Below, piece by piece: positions 21,404-32,300 of a stretch of DNA of 50,651 nucleotides. The translations under genes were made by a program, and so were the position numbers. Positions within the stretch are counted from its first letter, which is position 1. Every line of letters begins with the position of its first letter. The DNA is from Trichomonas gallinae (taxonomy: Eukaryota). Below the pieces are notes generated by a model. The model was not told the DNA's origin. It worked only from the letters and a program-made list of their open reading frames with translations, and searched no databases. The DNA lies in the NCBI GenBank assembly GCA_008369845.1, contig MRSU01005229.1, positions 1 through 50,651 on the forward strand, read 5' to 3'.

Positions 21404-22078
21404 TTACTATAAAAAGAATCTGATATAAATATTTGTCGATTTTTTTTCATTGTTTATTTTCATAAAAAAATTTTAAAACATTTTTTTTCTAGTCAGATTT
21501 TGAAAGGAAGTAAAGATCGGAGACTTCCTTGATTGCTATACACATTTTAGGCCATTGCAAAGCGAAAATCGTTGTATGGCTTAAAACTCGAAAAAATGAA
21601 CCTTAAAATTGTTTATATCCTGGATTGCAGATATGGCTAAAACGAAACGAAAACTAGTTCTTTGACATTTTACACATCCTATCACATGACAAATCGAAAA
21701 TATATAAGTTCAATTTTTCAATTCAAGAGACAAAACAAAGAGACAGGCTAAACATCAAGGAAATGAATGTGAAACAAGTACAGTTATGTGTTTGATTATC
21801 GAATGAGTACTCTTGACAATATAACTTGCCCAAATTTTAAATTTTTTGAGATACGTTCCAATATTTTATAATTTAAATGTACATTAGTATGAGGTTTCGA
21901 AAACCACGAAATAAACTGTTTTTGAGTTTAATTTCTTGAGTCAATTTTTAAGATCAAAGATATCAGAAATGCTCGTATACTAAATATATAACACTAAACA
22001 ACACCTTTATATATATCATGAAACAAACATCAAAAATAAATTAATGCAATATCATGTAAAATGGATTGCAATGCAACA

Positions 22079-23593
22079 TTAAAATGATGCCATTGCCCAA
22101 TAAGAAGCAACATTACCGGAAATAATAGGTTTGAGCTTTGTCTTATTATAAAACGAATAGACCCAATATTTCAAGATCGGAGTATCTTCTTTTGAAATAC
22201 CAATTGACTGGAAACTAGAAAGAAATTCGTCAAGATTATGTGAAATTTTCGAATAATTGCGCATTTTGAACATAAACTGCGAGGATATTGTTTTCAGCTT
22301 AGATAGAGCTTGAATATTGAAATTGTTATCCCAAATATCCAATTTTTCAATATCAGCGAGAATATGATTAACAAATGAGTTGGATGGACATCCTTTGCCG
22401 TTATAAACACCTTTAACAAGGTCAATCATTGAAACTGCGTTTTTAACATCACCTTGAATTTCTTTGCTTAAGACGATCGAATATTTCTTTGCATTCGCGA
22501 CATCGATCGTATTTGTGATTTTTAGGTATTCAGGTCTAAAGAATGGACAAAAGATGGATAATGTCGTAGCAAGTTGCTTCGTAGATTCCAAATCATCGTA
22601 GATTAAAACTAAAGTTGTTCCAGATAGGAGTGAGAAAGCAATAAACGGGAGTATATGAGATTTCGACAGTTTTTGAAGTAATTTACATGAATATTCGTTC
22701 TTATTTTCAAATGAATCTGCTGCAAATTTTGTGAATTTGTTAATTTCTGCTTTAAATGATATTCCTCCAAAATCAATTACATTTGGAGATATTTGGTAAT
22801 CTGAATAACAAAGTATATTGGATCCAGCAGATGTTTTTGGTAAACCTTGCATTAATTCTATCAATTCTGATCTAATACCGTCGAGATTTATTATTGTGGA
22901 TGCTGAACGGAGTTCGAATTTGATTGAAGTGAAGTAAGTTGTAGGTTTTTCTTCTCCTTCATCTGGATTTAGATCTGTTATATTGAATTTTTGTAAAATT
23001 CTCTCTAATTCTTTTACCTTGGGGGAAAGTATAAGATCATTGGAGCCAAGTTTTCTTTGTGCGAGCAAAATCGAGTTTCCATATTTTCTCAAATCTTTCG
23101 GAAAAGCGTCAATTGATGGTTTTTGCAATCTTTCTACAATTTTTATAATGGTAGAACGATATGTCGTGAAGACTTTTGATATTATTTCAGCTCTTTGATG
23201 TGCAATAACGAGCATCAAAGGCCTTGTAAATCCTCGAGCATCAATATCGAATATTTGGAAGTATGTTGCCATAAAAGAGAGACCATTGAAAGATGAAATA
23301 AAGTTTGATGTTTTTGTTCCAAATTCGGAAAATGCTGAGACGATTGGTGTGTTTACTATAAATAGTTTGAAGTCATTTGTCGAGACTGTAATGAGTGTTC
23401 CATATTCCCAAAGTGTTTGGGGGAAAGATCCTTGCGAAAATTCGTATAATGCGGCATAATATCCTGGATCCTGTAAAATTGTTGTATTATCTTGTGAAAA
23501 AGTAGGAGGTAATGATCCACGCTGGATTTTCATGTTTTGCAGTTGAACTACACTGCTGTCTGAGTATAATCTCGCTCTCATATTTCGCCGCAT
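22079..23593 (-). CDS. SMCR8/folliculin-type longin-DENN protein
   Basis: LYEFSQGSFPQTL, YFQIFDIDARGFTRPLMLVIAH (the D..ARGF.RP motif of SMCR8/FLCN longin domains) and AFSLLSGTTLVLIYDDLESTKQLATTLSIFCP (SMCR8 DENN-like). Confidence 0.75.
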   Translation of the reverse strand: MRRNMRARLYSDSSVVQLQNMKIQRGSLPPTFSQDNTTILQDPGYYAALYEFSQGSFPQTLWEYGTLITVSTNDFKLFIVNTPIVSAFSEFGTKTSNFISSFNGLSFMATYFQIFDIDARGFTRPLMLVIAHQRAEIISKVFTTYRSTIIKIVERLQKPSIDAFPKDLRKYGNSILLAQRKLGSNDLILSPKVKELERILQKFNITDLNPDEGEEKPTTYFTSIKFELRSASTIINLDGIRSELIELMQGLPKTSAGSNILCYSDYQISPNVIDFGGISFKAEINKFTKFAADSFENKNEYSCKLLQKLSKSHILPFIAFSLLSGTTLVLIYDDLESTKQLATTLSIFCPFFRPEYLKITNTIDVANAKKYSIVLSKEIQGDVKNAVSMIDLVKGVYNGKGCPSNSFVNHILADIEKLDIWDNNFNIQALSKLKTISSQFMFKMRNYSKISHNLDEFLSSFQSIGISKEDTPILKYWVYSFYNKTKLKPIISGNVASYWAMASF

Positions 23594-23621
23594 TTTTCTG
23601 ATAAAAATAAATGAAATCCAA

Positions 23622-23798
23622 TCTACATGACAGATTTTTTATTTACACAACACATTTCTCACAAAGATCTACTTTACAAAACATTTTTATATTTACATGA
23701 CAAAATTAAGCAAAATTAAATTTACATGACATATTTATAGTTTACATGACATTTTTCGCGCAACGAATTTACATGACAAAATATAATTTTACACGACA
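23622..23798 (+). repeat. Array of 8 TTTACA(T/C)GACA-like motifs in the 218-bp divergent intergenic region
   Basis: Starts at 23622, 23642, 23673, 23692, 23721, 23741, 23768, 23788; four are perfect TTTACATGACA. Confidence 0.9.
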
Positions 23799-23811
23799 GT
23801 TTAATTTTTAG

Positions 23812-25314
23812 ATGTATCAAATTAAACATAATGTACCTGATAATTTCAATCTTTCTATGACGAAAGGCCATTTTATGGACGTAAGGTTACATGATGGCGA
23901 TGAAATTATAGAAGCACAAAGTCTTTTTCTTGCTATTAATTTTGAATGGTTTAATTCAAAGTTAGGCGAATTATTTAGCCAAAGAAAAGACTCATCACAG
24001 CCTCTATATGATATTGATTTACCGTTAAATCCAGATAAAGCATTTCAAAAACTTCATAATGCATTTTATTCACGCTCACTTATGATTGAAATCGAAAATT
24101 CCGCTAAATTATTACAAGTTGCAAGGTTTTATGGTGCAGCATCCTTTATAGATCCTATAAAAGACTTTATTGAAAAATCTACCAATGTTGAAAACGTGCT
24201 TAGCATTGTGCAATCATTATCATTACATGGATCAGCTGATTTTGCAGCTAAAATTTGCTCGAAATTTATTGCTCAATTCATTCACGATATTGTTTTTAGT
24301 AATCCTATCAGAAAATATAACAATTTAGATATAATATTCGAACATTTACCTGATGCAACTGTTTTAGCAGCCGCATTGAAAGATGAAATTTTCGATGAAC
24401 CTTCAGAAGAAAGAAAAGCAGAATTTCTTAAGCAGCAACAAGAAAAGAGGAAGATGATGAGAAGATTGAGACATGAAAATAAGCTGAATGTTATTACAGA
24501 TATCCAAAAAATTGATCTAATTGATAAATTTGTTGGAAAGAGACATTTAAACGATAATGAAAGAGAAGCATTAGCGACTACTATTAATTGGGATGCAGAA
24601 GATGCATTCTTATACTTGGTAAATTATAATTGCGACTGGGTTCCTGCAAGAATATCAAGAAAACTCTATCAGAAGATACTTTCATCAAGAAGACAAACAG
24701 CACATGCAATGAATAACATCACTGAAGAGAACAAATCGAAATATTCCGGATGGAGGTTTTTTAATTGGTTAAATGAAGAGTTTTATTCGAAAGCTGTAAC
24801 AGAAGATTCATGTGTGCATCTCTTCCAGTTCATTTCTACAATTGGTGGACAATCTTCGATTCTTAATAATAATCTCTTTCAGTTTATTAAGTTTACATCG
24901 ACTGGATATCCTATATTTGATACACAGAATATCATGGTTGACAATAACACTTACTACTGCTCGATGGCTACAAAAGATTCATCATCATTGATAATTGATA
25001 CAAAGCCAACCATATATATGAAATTAGAATCATTTTCAGTTTATTGCGACCCAAAGAAAGAATCATCTTATACACCTGTTCTCGTTGGCCAAGAATATAA
25101 ATATTTGGAAGAACTTGAATTGGCATTATATCATGATGATCAACTAGTTTCTACACAGACATTGCATTTTACAACAAATGTTCTCAAAGATATCAAGTTT
25201 GAAAAAACAGATATTTCAATTAACAAGTTTATTTTGAGTACAAAGCCTTCAGGTATTCCTCAAGCCTTGAGAATCAGATTCATCGATATCATTGGTCGTT
25301 TTGCTGATTGTTAA
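23812..25314 (+). CDS. BTB/POZ-like domain protein with a possible C-terminal beta-sandwich domain
   Basis: N-terminal FMDVRLHDGDEIIEAQSLFLAINFEWF...FQKLHNAFYSRSLMIEIENSAKLLQVARFYG; beta-rich C-terminus ending LRIRFIDIIGRF. Confidence 0.7.
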   Translation: MYQIKHNVPDNFNLSMTKGHFMDVRLHDGDEIIEAQSLFLAINFEWFNSKLGELFSQRKDSSQPLYDIDLPLNPDKAFQKLHNAFYSRSLMIEIENSAKLLQVARFYGAASFIDPIKDFIEKSTNVENVLSIVQSLSLHGSADFAAKICSKFIAQFIHDIVFSNPIRKYNNLDIIFEHLPDATVLAAALKDEIFDEPSEERKAEFLKQQQEKRKMMRRLRHENKLNVITDIQKIDLIDKFVGKRHLNDNEREALATTINWDAEDAFLYLVNYNCDWVPARISRKLYQKILSSRRQTAHAMNNITEENKSKYSGWRFFNWLNEEFYSKAVTEDSCVHLFQFISTIGGQSSILNNNLFQFIKFTSTGYPIFDTQNIMVDNNTYYCSMATKDSSSLIIDTKPTIYMKLESFSVYCDPKKESSYTPVLVGQEYKYLEELELALYHDDQLVSTQTLHFTTNVLKDIKFEKTDISINKFILSTKPSGIPQALRIRFIDIIGRFADC

Positions 25315-25555
25315 ACTCTTTATTTTACAATTTTTAATCAATATTAGATCTGTCTGCAGCATACACCAAATATAGTCGTATATATTGCATTCTTAATACT
25401 TATTTTCGATAAAATGAATTTTTAAAAATCCTATAATATAAAAAGAAATTATTTTGTGAAAAAATGTAATAACTATAATTAACTTGACAAAATATTTGAT
25501 AATGATTATATTAATAAGCAAGAAATTAATAATGTCGGATTTCTTTATTAATAAC

Positions 25556-27250
25556 TTAGAAGTTATCAGCTCTACGAGTTCCTTTTCTCATATTCTCTTT
25601 TGGTTTTGGCGCTTTAACTTCCTTTTCTTCATTCTTTTCTTCTTTATCTTCTTTTTCAGCTTTTTCAACAACATTTTCAGACTTCTCTTCTACTTTTTCA
25701 TTTTCTTTTTCTTGCTTCTCTTTCTCTTCTTTGAGCTTCTTCTCCTTTTCTATTTCTTCTGGAGTTTTCTCTCTGTATGTGACTATAGCCCAAACAAGCT
25801 TGTCCGGATTAGCTTTGTAGCCAATCAAGAAGAACAACAAATTCAATATAACAAGTAAAACGACAGCAGAAATTGTTGGGAGTGGATATGCAACATATAA
25901 CGTCACGAAGCATGTCCATGCCTTCTTAGCGAAGTTGATTACCTGCATGTAGAGTCCACCAGTTACCTTTGTTTCGTCTTTCTCCTTCTTCTGAGTGATC
26001 TGCTTGTTCATGCGGTCCTGCTTTCTAAATTTAGGAATGAAGTGTTCCCTGTTCCACCTGTAGACAGCATCTTCGTCAGTGCCGATATAAATGTTCGTGA
26101 AGCCAATCATTCTGTTGACTTCCCAAAGATCGAAGCCGGCAGCTGTGATTGTCATGAAGTTGTGCGGGTGCCTGTCTTCGTAATAATAAGGGTTTGGAAT
26201 CTGGCGTGGTTTCCATTCGCCTTTATATGCCGGGTTGTCTATCATCGGTGCCTGCCACTTGCCTCTGAATGCTGGGTTAGGGATGACTGGAACTTCGTAT
26301 TTTCCACAACCTGGAGCTTGGAGGCACTTCGGGTTATCAATGATTTGTGGCTCCCATTCGCCGAGAACTTCGTCGTCCCAATCATCCGGCTTCTTCTGGT
26401 TTGGATCTGGGATTCTCTTTGGTTCGTCTTCAAGCCATCCTTCTGGAGCCTTTGTCTTGTTTGGATCAGGAATGAACTGTGGAGCATCTTCATCCCAATC
26501 AGCTGGCTTTGTTGCATTCGGATCTGGAATTTGTTTATCGTCGACCCAATCAGCAGGCTTCGTATCATTTGGATCATCAATTTCTTTGCTTGGGAATACT
26601 GATGGCTTGAAATCAGTCAACAAACTGCCCATTTTAGCTGATTGACCATCGATCAAAATCTCGAATGTGTTATCGGGACGAACAATGAGGGTGTAAAGAT
26701 GTGTGAGTTGATCAGATTTGATTTGTGGTGGTTCCTGAAGATGTTTTTCTTCAATTTCGCCAGAAAGAATGTTTTTATGCCTGAAAATGAAGTGTACTTT
26801 GTCTGTGGAGCCACATTTATCCGGGCCGAACATGATGGAGTACTTTGTCTCATTAGAAACTGAATCTTCGTCGTAATTTTCATCACTGAATAATTTAATG
26901 TAAGCGCCACCACATTCTAAATTCTCTTGAAGACGAACCTCATACTGAACTACTAACGTTTGGTTCTGAAGAGTTAAAGGTTGGGGAAGTTTCGTACTTG
27001 CACCATAATAAGCGGAGCCGAGTTCCATGAAAAACATCTTTTCTCCATCAATTCCTCTCGGTTCTGATACTGTTTCTACTGACCAGTTTCCTGTAATGTT
27101 TTCGAGCTTAGAAATGATAAATGTATCTCTCCAATCATAGTCGTTGGCGGACAAAAAATGATAGTATCCTCCATTTGGTCTCATAGGAATTGGTATTTCT
27201 ACCTTTTTTGCACATTCAGCCAATCGTGATAAAGAAAACGCGAAAATCAT
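25556..27250 (-). CDS. CNX: Calnexin (calreticulin family, membrane anchored)
   Basis: LVVQYEVRLQENLECGGAYIKL, IMFGPDKCG, P-domain repeats (IPDP..KP.DWD, G.W.P..I.NP.Y), a TM segment, and a charged tail ending KGTRRADNF. ATG at 27250; the track start is GTG. Confidence 0.95.
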   Translation of the reverse strand: MIFAFSLSRLAECAKKVEIPIPMRPNGGYYHFLSANDYDWRDTFIISKLENITGNWSVETVSEPRGIDGEKMFFMELGSAYYGASTKLPQPLTLQNQTLVVQYEVRLQENLECGGAYIKLFSDENYDEDSVSNETKYSIMFGPDKCGSTDKVHFIFRHKNILSGEIEEKHLQEPPQIKSDQLTHLYTLIVRPDNTFEILIDGQSAKMGSLLTDFKPSVFPSKEIDDPNDTKPADWVDDKQIPDPNATKPADWDEDAPQFIPDPNKTKAPEGWLEDEPKRIPDPNQKKPDDWDDEVLGEWEPQIIDNPKCLQAPGCGKYEVPVIPNPAFRGKWQAPMIDNPAYKGEWKPRQIPNPYYYEDRHPHNFMTITAAGFDLWEVNRMIGFTNIYIGTDEDAVYRWNREHFIPKFRKQDRMNKQITQKKEKDETKVTGGLYMQVINFAKKAWTCFVTLYVAYPLPTISAVVLLVILNLLFFLIGYKANPDKLVWAIVTYREKTPEEIEKEKKLKEEKEKQEKENEKVEEKSENVVEKAEKEDKEEKNEEKEVKAPKPKENMRKGTRRADNF

Positions 27251-27651
27251 TTTTTCAATAAATACTATCGAAATACTAAGGTATAGATTTGTCACATTTT
27301 ATCACAACACACATTATATATAGCACAATCTGATGCTATTTATATAATCCTCATTGAAAATTTACATAAAAATTCCACATTTCATTTATCAATCTTTATC
27401 ATATAACGAAATTGAACTTTATATAATATCGCATTCAGTTAAACAAAGCATAAGAATATTCATACAAATGGTAAATAATGATATAAACATTAATTTATTG
27501 ATGATTTAAAATTATATAACTTATAACATTATTTATGTTAGCAAAAAGTGAAATTTGCATGGATAAATAGCTAGTCATCGTATATTGCATTGTATTCATA
27601 TGATTTGTAAATAAGGTTAATATTTTATTTTTCAAAAAGTTTTTATTTTGC

Positions 27652-28251
27652 ATGTTATTATAATAGATTAGACTTAGAAAATACTTTGAGTATCAGCAGA
27701 CTTTCTTAAAAGACAGTGAAATTGCTTCTCGCTTCAATGTAACATCGAGTTTGAGTTATAACGCAAATTTTATTTGCGATAATTTCGATGTTGTAAACGC
27801 ATCTCCTTATTGCTTGATACAAAATGATAGCTTATGCGCATGGCATAGTCGCGAATCTACGTATTCATTTATCAAAATCGATTTATTTGAACTTTTACCT
27901 GTTCAAGGGATTTATATGAAGTCATACACAACAAACAGATGTGCTATATTAATGAAGTTTAAACTCCAAGGAAGCAATGATGATATTGAATATAATGATA
28001 TTATTCATGTTGAAGATACAGGATTTTCTACAAGCAAAACAGAATTAACATTATATTTTAAAAAGTCAACTTTCAGGTATTTTAAGATTATGCAGGACGA
28101 AGTTCCAGAATCCTCATCGCATCCGAGGAATTTAGATATTGGTTTCAAAAAGCTTGATTTTCTTTATAACCCATATGAGCTTATCACATGCAAGCATAAA
28201 AGTATAAACTTGATTAACATGATGCAATTAGCTGTGATAATTTATATATAA
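27652..28251 (+). pseudogene. F5/8-type-C (discoidin-like) domain gene, probably disabled by two early stops
   Basis: AWHS...FIKIDL...ILMKFKLQGSNDDIEY...FRYFKIMQ plus a TCKHK-hydrophobic tail. The in-frame ATG at 27652 reads ATG TTA TTA TAA TAG, then the frame is open to 28251; the track start is TTG. Confidence 0.6.
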
Positions 28252-29343
28252 TAATCATGAAACTTCATAGTTATGACTATTATAAATTGTACTTGATGTT
28301 TCTCATAATTATAATTAAAAGCTGATATTAATCTATAATAAAATAGTGACTTTGAGTTCATCAGAAAATTTATACTGCTAATGTACCTTAATATCTTACC
28401 AAACAGTTCATTTACATATTTTACAAACTTAAGTAAATCTATAAATATATATCTTTTTTACACACTAGAAGCTTTATCCAGAGATATACAAGAAGGAATA
28501 GACTGTTTGTAATGAACCATTTGTAATAGATTCATATTCTTTTCATTGTTAATCAATAAATTTAAAATAAATAGACTACCCTATGCAGTTTGCTGGAGAT
28601 TAATGACTATAATTATAGTTTCACTTTTTACCAATAACTATTATGTCTAATTCAACGATTTTCATGAAAAAAAGGAAAACTTCAAATTCTCATTGGCTAA
28701 AAGGGATTTATGCAAATAATTTATTAGATATATTTAGATGGCTATTTCTATTCGATTTTATTAATGGATAATTCTTGATAATCGCCATTATTTTGTTCAA
28801 ATTTTTGCAAAAAGGAATCTGAGCCTAGCATTCAACACACAATTTCTATGGATACAATAGAATCATTTGCTGCGATGTTATATTTAATGCAATAAATTGA
28901 TAAAATTTTTTAACATATTTCATGCTTGAAATTTATATTAATATATCAGTATTAATTGTATTATTTGGTAATTCTAACATTTTTAATCATCAATATTGGT
29001 CCTTCCCATCTTTTTTTCCCACATCATTTGAAGCATTTTTTTTTCTTTTCTATTATTATTACAATTTAAAAATTTTTGCTCAATAAGTTGCGTTGCAATC
29101 TAATATATTATGTTCATATTCTGATATATTTGACTCAATATAATTATAATAAATTACATGGGATCAATATTCATAACAAGAGCATTTCTGCTTGTTTTAT
29201 GTAATCGTAAATGTTTAGCAATTGATTACTAATAGAATGCATTAGATGAATATAGTTTACTATTATAATATAAAAGCCCAATATGAAGTTATTGGTGATT
29301 TTCTGCAATAAGGTTAAAATATTTTAAGGTTCTTCAATTTTTA

Positions 29344-32300
29344 ATGGATGCCAATTCTAGTGATTTTAGTGGAGATGAAACAAAAGTTTTTAAACAAAGT
29401 CTATTGGATGCATCTATAGCAACATTGACATCTACTAATCTAAAATCACTTCCACCTTATCGAACTCAAGAAGAAATCGAGAAAATAATTCATGACATTA
29501 AGCGACAAGAGCAAGAGAAACGAAATAAACTAAAAGAACAAATAAATTTTGAAAGAAAAACATTAAATCAAGAAATGTCGAAATTAATTGACAAAATTTC
29601 TACAATGCAACATTTAATCGATACTGTAAATATTGAAAAATCGGATCTGATTCAAAATATTATAGACATAAAGAAAGTTTGCTCGGAAAAAGAAATAACG
29701 ATTAATGAGCTAAAAAATAAAATCAATTCTAGCGATCAATTAGTTAAAATTAGGACAGAGTTTGATAAAGAAAACACAAATTTAAGAACTAAAATAGTTA
29801 AACTTGCACAAAAGAATGAAAAATTAGAAAATTCTATGACAATAATGCAAAAATTGCAAACTGACATTGAAAACGAAAATAAATCACTACAGACTTCTAT
29901 ATCTAATAGCAAATTAGAATTAGAAAAATCAAATAATAATTTTTCAGAATTATCAGCAAAACACGAAAGACTTCAATCAGTCTTAAAATTAATTACAACA
30001 GAAAGTAGAAAACTTGAGGAAGATTGTGCAGAAAAAGATAAAAACATTGAATATATTTGTAATCATATTCAATCTCTAGAAAAAGAGAAAGAAGATATAT
30101 ATGAAAGATACAATGAGATAATTGAGCAGTCCAAAAAGAATAATGCTAATTATGAGCGAATAATCAATGAATCTAAAATATATCAAATTGAAATTTCAGA
30201 ATTAAAAGAGCAGATTCATCAGAAAGGTGTTGAATTTTCAGATAATGTCGAAAAATATCAAAATTTGTCACGCAAATTTGATGAAATTCGAATTCAAAAT
30301 CAAACATTATTCGAAGAAAGTAAAAATATGAAAAATCAACTGGATAAACTCACAAATGATTATTTATCAGTGAACAAACAGTATGATAACTTGAAAATTG
30401 ACAACGCAACAGTTGTTGAGGAAAATCTTACATTGAAGGAAAAAATTAAAAATATTGAGCTTGAAAACCAAATGATGTCATCTACACAGTCAAATATGAA
30501 ATTAACAATAGAAAAAGGGGAAAAAGAAAAGGAATTATTGCAAAATTCAATTTTAGATCTAAAAAATCAAAACGAAAAACTCAAATCAGGGAATAATACC
30601 TTGAAACAGCAAATATTACAATTAAATCATGATATTGAATTAATGAAAGCATCAATTAATGAAAAAGATTCTGAATTAAAACAGAAAAATCAAAAATCAT
30701 CAGATTTGATGATTAAACTAGAATCATCATCAGCTATTGAGAAAGAACTCAACAATCAGATCAATCAATTAAAGGAAAGAGTTTCTCAGCTAACTTCAGC
30801 AAACCAAAAATACGAAAATTCGATCAATAGTTTAATTGGAGAAAATTCGTCATTGAACATAAAATTATCTGATGGACAAAACTCACTCAATGATCTCAAA
30901 CTACAATTATCAACTCTAGGCGCATCAAATGAAAAACTAAGAAAAGATTTAAATGATGTTGCTGCCGAAAATGAAAAACTCGAAAATGCAATTCTTACTA
31001 AAAACCAAATTCAGCAAAAAATGGAAGAAGAAATCAAGCAGCTCAAAATTACAATCAACAATAATAATCTTGAAATTGACTCTAAAGCAAAAGATTTAAT
31101 TGATTATGAAGAAAAATTAAAATCATTAAATACAAGCATTTCTCAGAAAGAAGAAGAAATAAATAAACTCAAAGATATCAACAGCAAAATAAATTTCGAA
31201 TTAGATTCTAAAAACAAAGACATTTTAGCTAAAGCTGATTTGCAAAAACAACTTGAGAAAGAAATCAACCAACTCAAAGTTACTATCAACAACAACAATT
31301 TAGAGATAGAATCAAAAGAAAAAGAAAGAATATCATCAGAAAACAAAATCAAAGAATTAAATCTAAATCTAAACCTAAAAGAAGAAGAAATCAATAAGTT
31401 AAATGCTATGAATAATAAAGCCAATGATGAATTGAAGTCTAAAGAAAAAGCTATTAATGAATTTGAAGAGAAAATGAAAACTCTAAATGCAAATTTAATC
31501 ATGAAAGAAGAGGAAAACGCATCAAATAAGTCAATAATACAAAAACTCCAATTTGAAAATCTGAATTTAGTCACTCAAATATCTGACCTTAAATCAGACA
31601 ATTGCAAGTCAAGAGATGCAATAAATCAAATACAAGAAGAAAAGAATCAGTTGAATATAACTATTGAGAATCTCACCCAGCAAATTGTCAACTTAAAATC
31701 AGAACTGGATAAAGTTCAAAGCCAATTGAATGAAGAAATTCTTTCTTCTGATTCTAAATTCGAAACACAAACAGCTAAATACAAAGATCAAATCAATGAT
31801 CAAGAGAAACAAATCAAAGACTTAAGAAACGAATTGGCACAGTTTGATGATATACAAACTAAAATCAAAAATTTAACTGATGACCACATCAAACAATCCC
31901 AAAAGATTCAAACTTTAGAAGAAGAAAACTCTAAATTAAAAGTACTAACAAATTCATATAATGGGGAAAAGCAGATATTGTTAACAAAAATTGCTGAAAT
32001 CACAATAGATAGCAGAACACTGCAAAACAAATTTGCTGATTTAGAAAACAAATCTTCATCAAAGACAAAAGAAATCACAGAACTAAAAGAAACAATCAAG
32101 AATTTAACAGATGAGCTTGAAAGAGTTAAGAATGAAACTGAACTTGATATAACAGAAGAAAAATCGAAATTATCTATTTTGGCAGAAGAAAACACAAATT
32201 TATCTCATAAATTATCACTTATTACTGGAGAAAACTCCGTTTTTGCAGCTAAACTTGCTGAAATATCTGAAGAGAAAACATTGTTGTCGTCTAAAGTCAG

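Noticed and set aside
23622..23798. CRISPR-like array
   Set aside because: Repeats are only 11 bp with 8-20 bp spacers, no cas genes, eukaryotic context.
25484..26913. Hydrophobic antisense ORFs over calnexin
   Set aside because: Reverse-complement shadows of the K/E-rich tail and P-domain repeats.
27661..27666. TAA/TAG reassignment to Gln
   Set aside because: Most genes in the window end with TAA or TAG and long ORFs lack internal ones.
28260..29340. 1.1-kb very AT-rich gap as a possible element
   Set aside because: No terminal repeats, ORF or structure could be supported.
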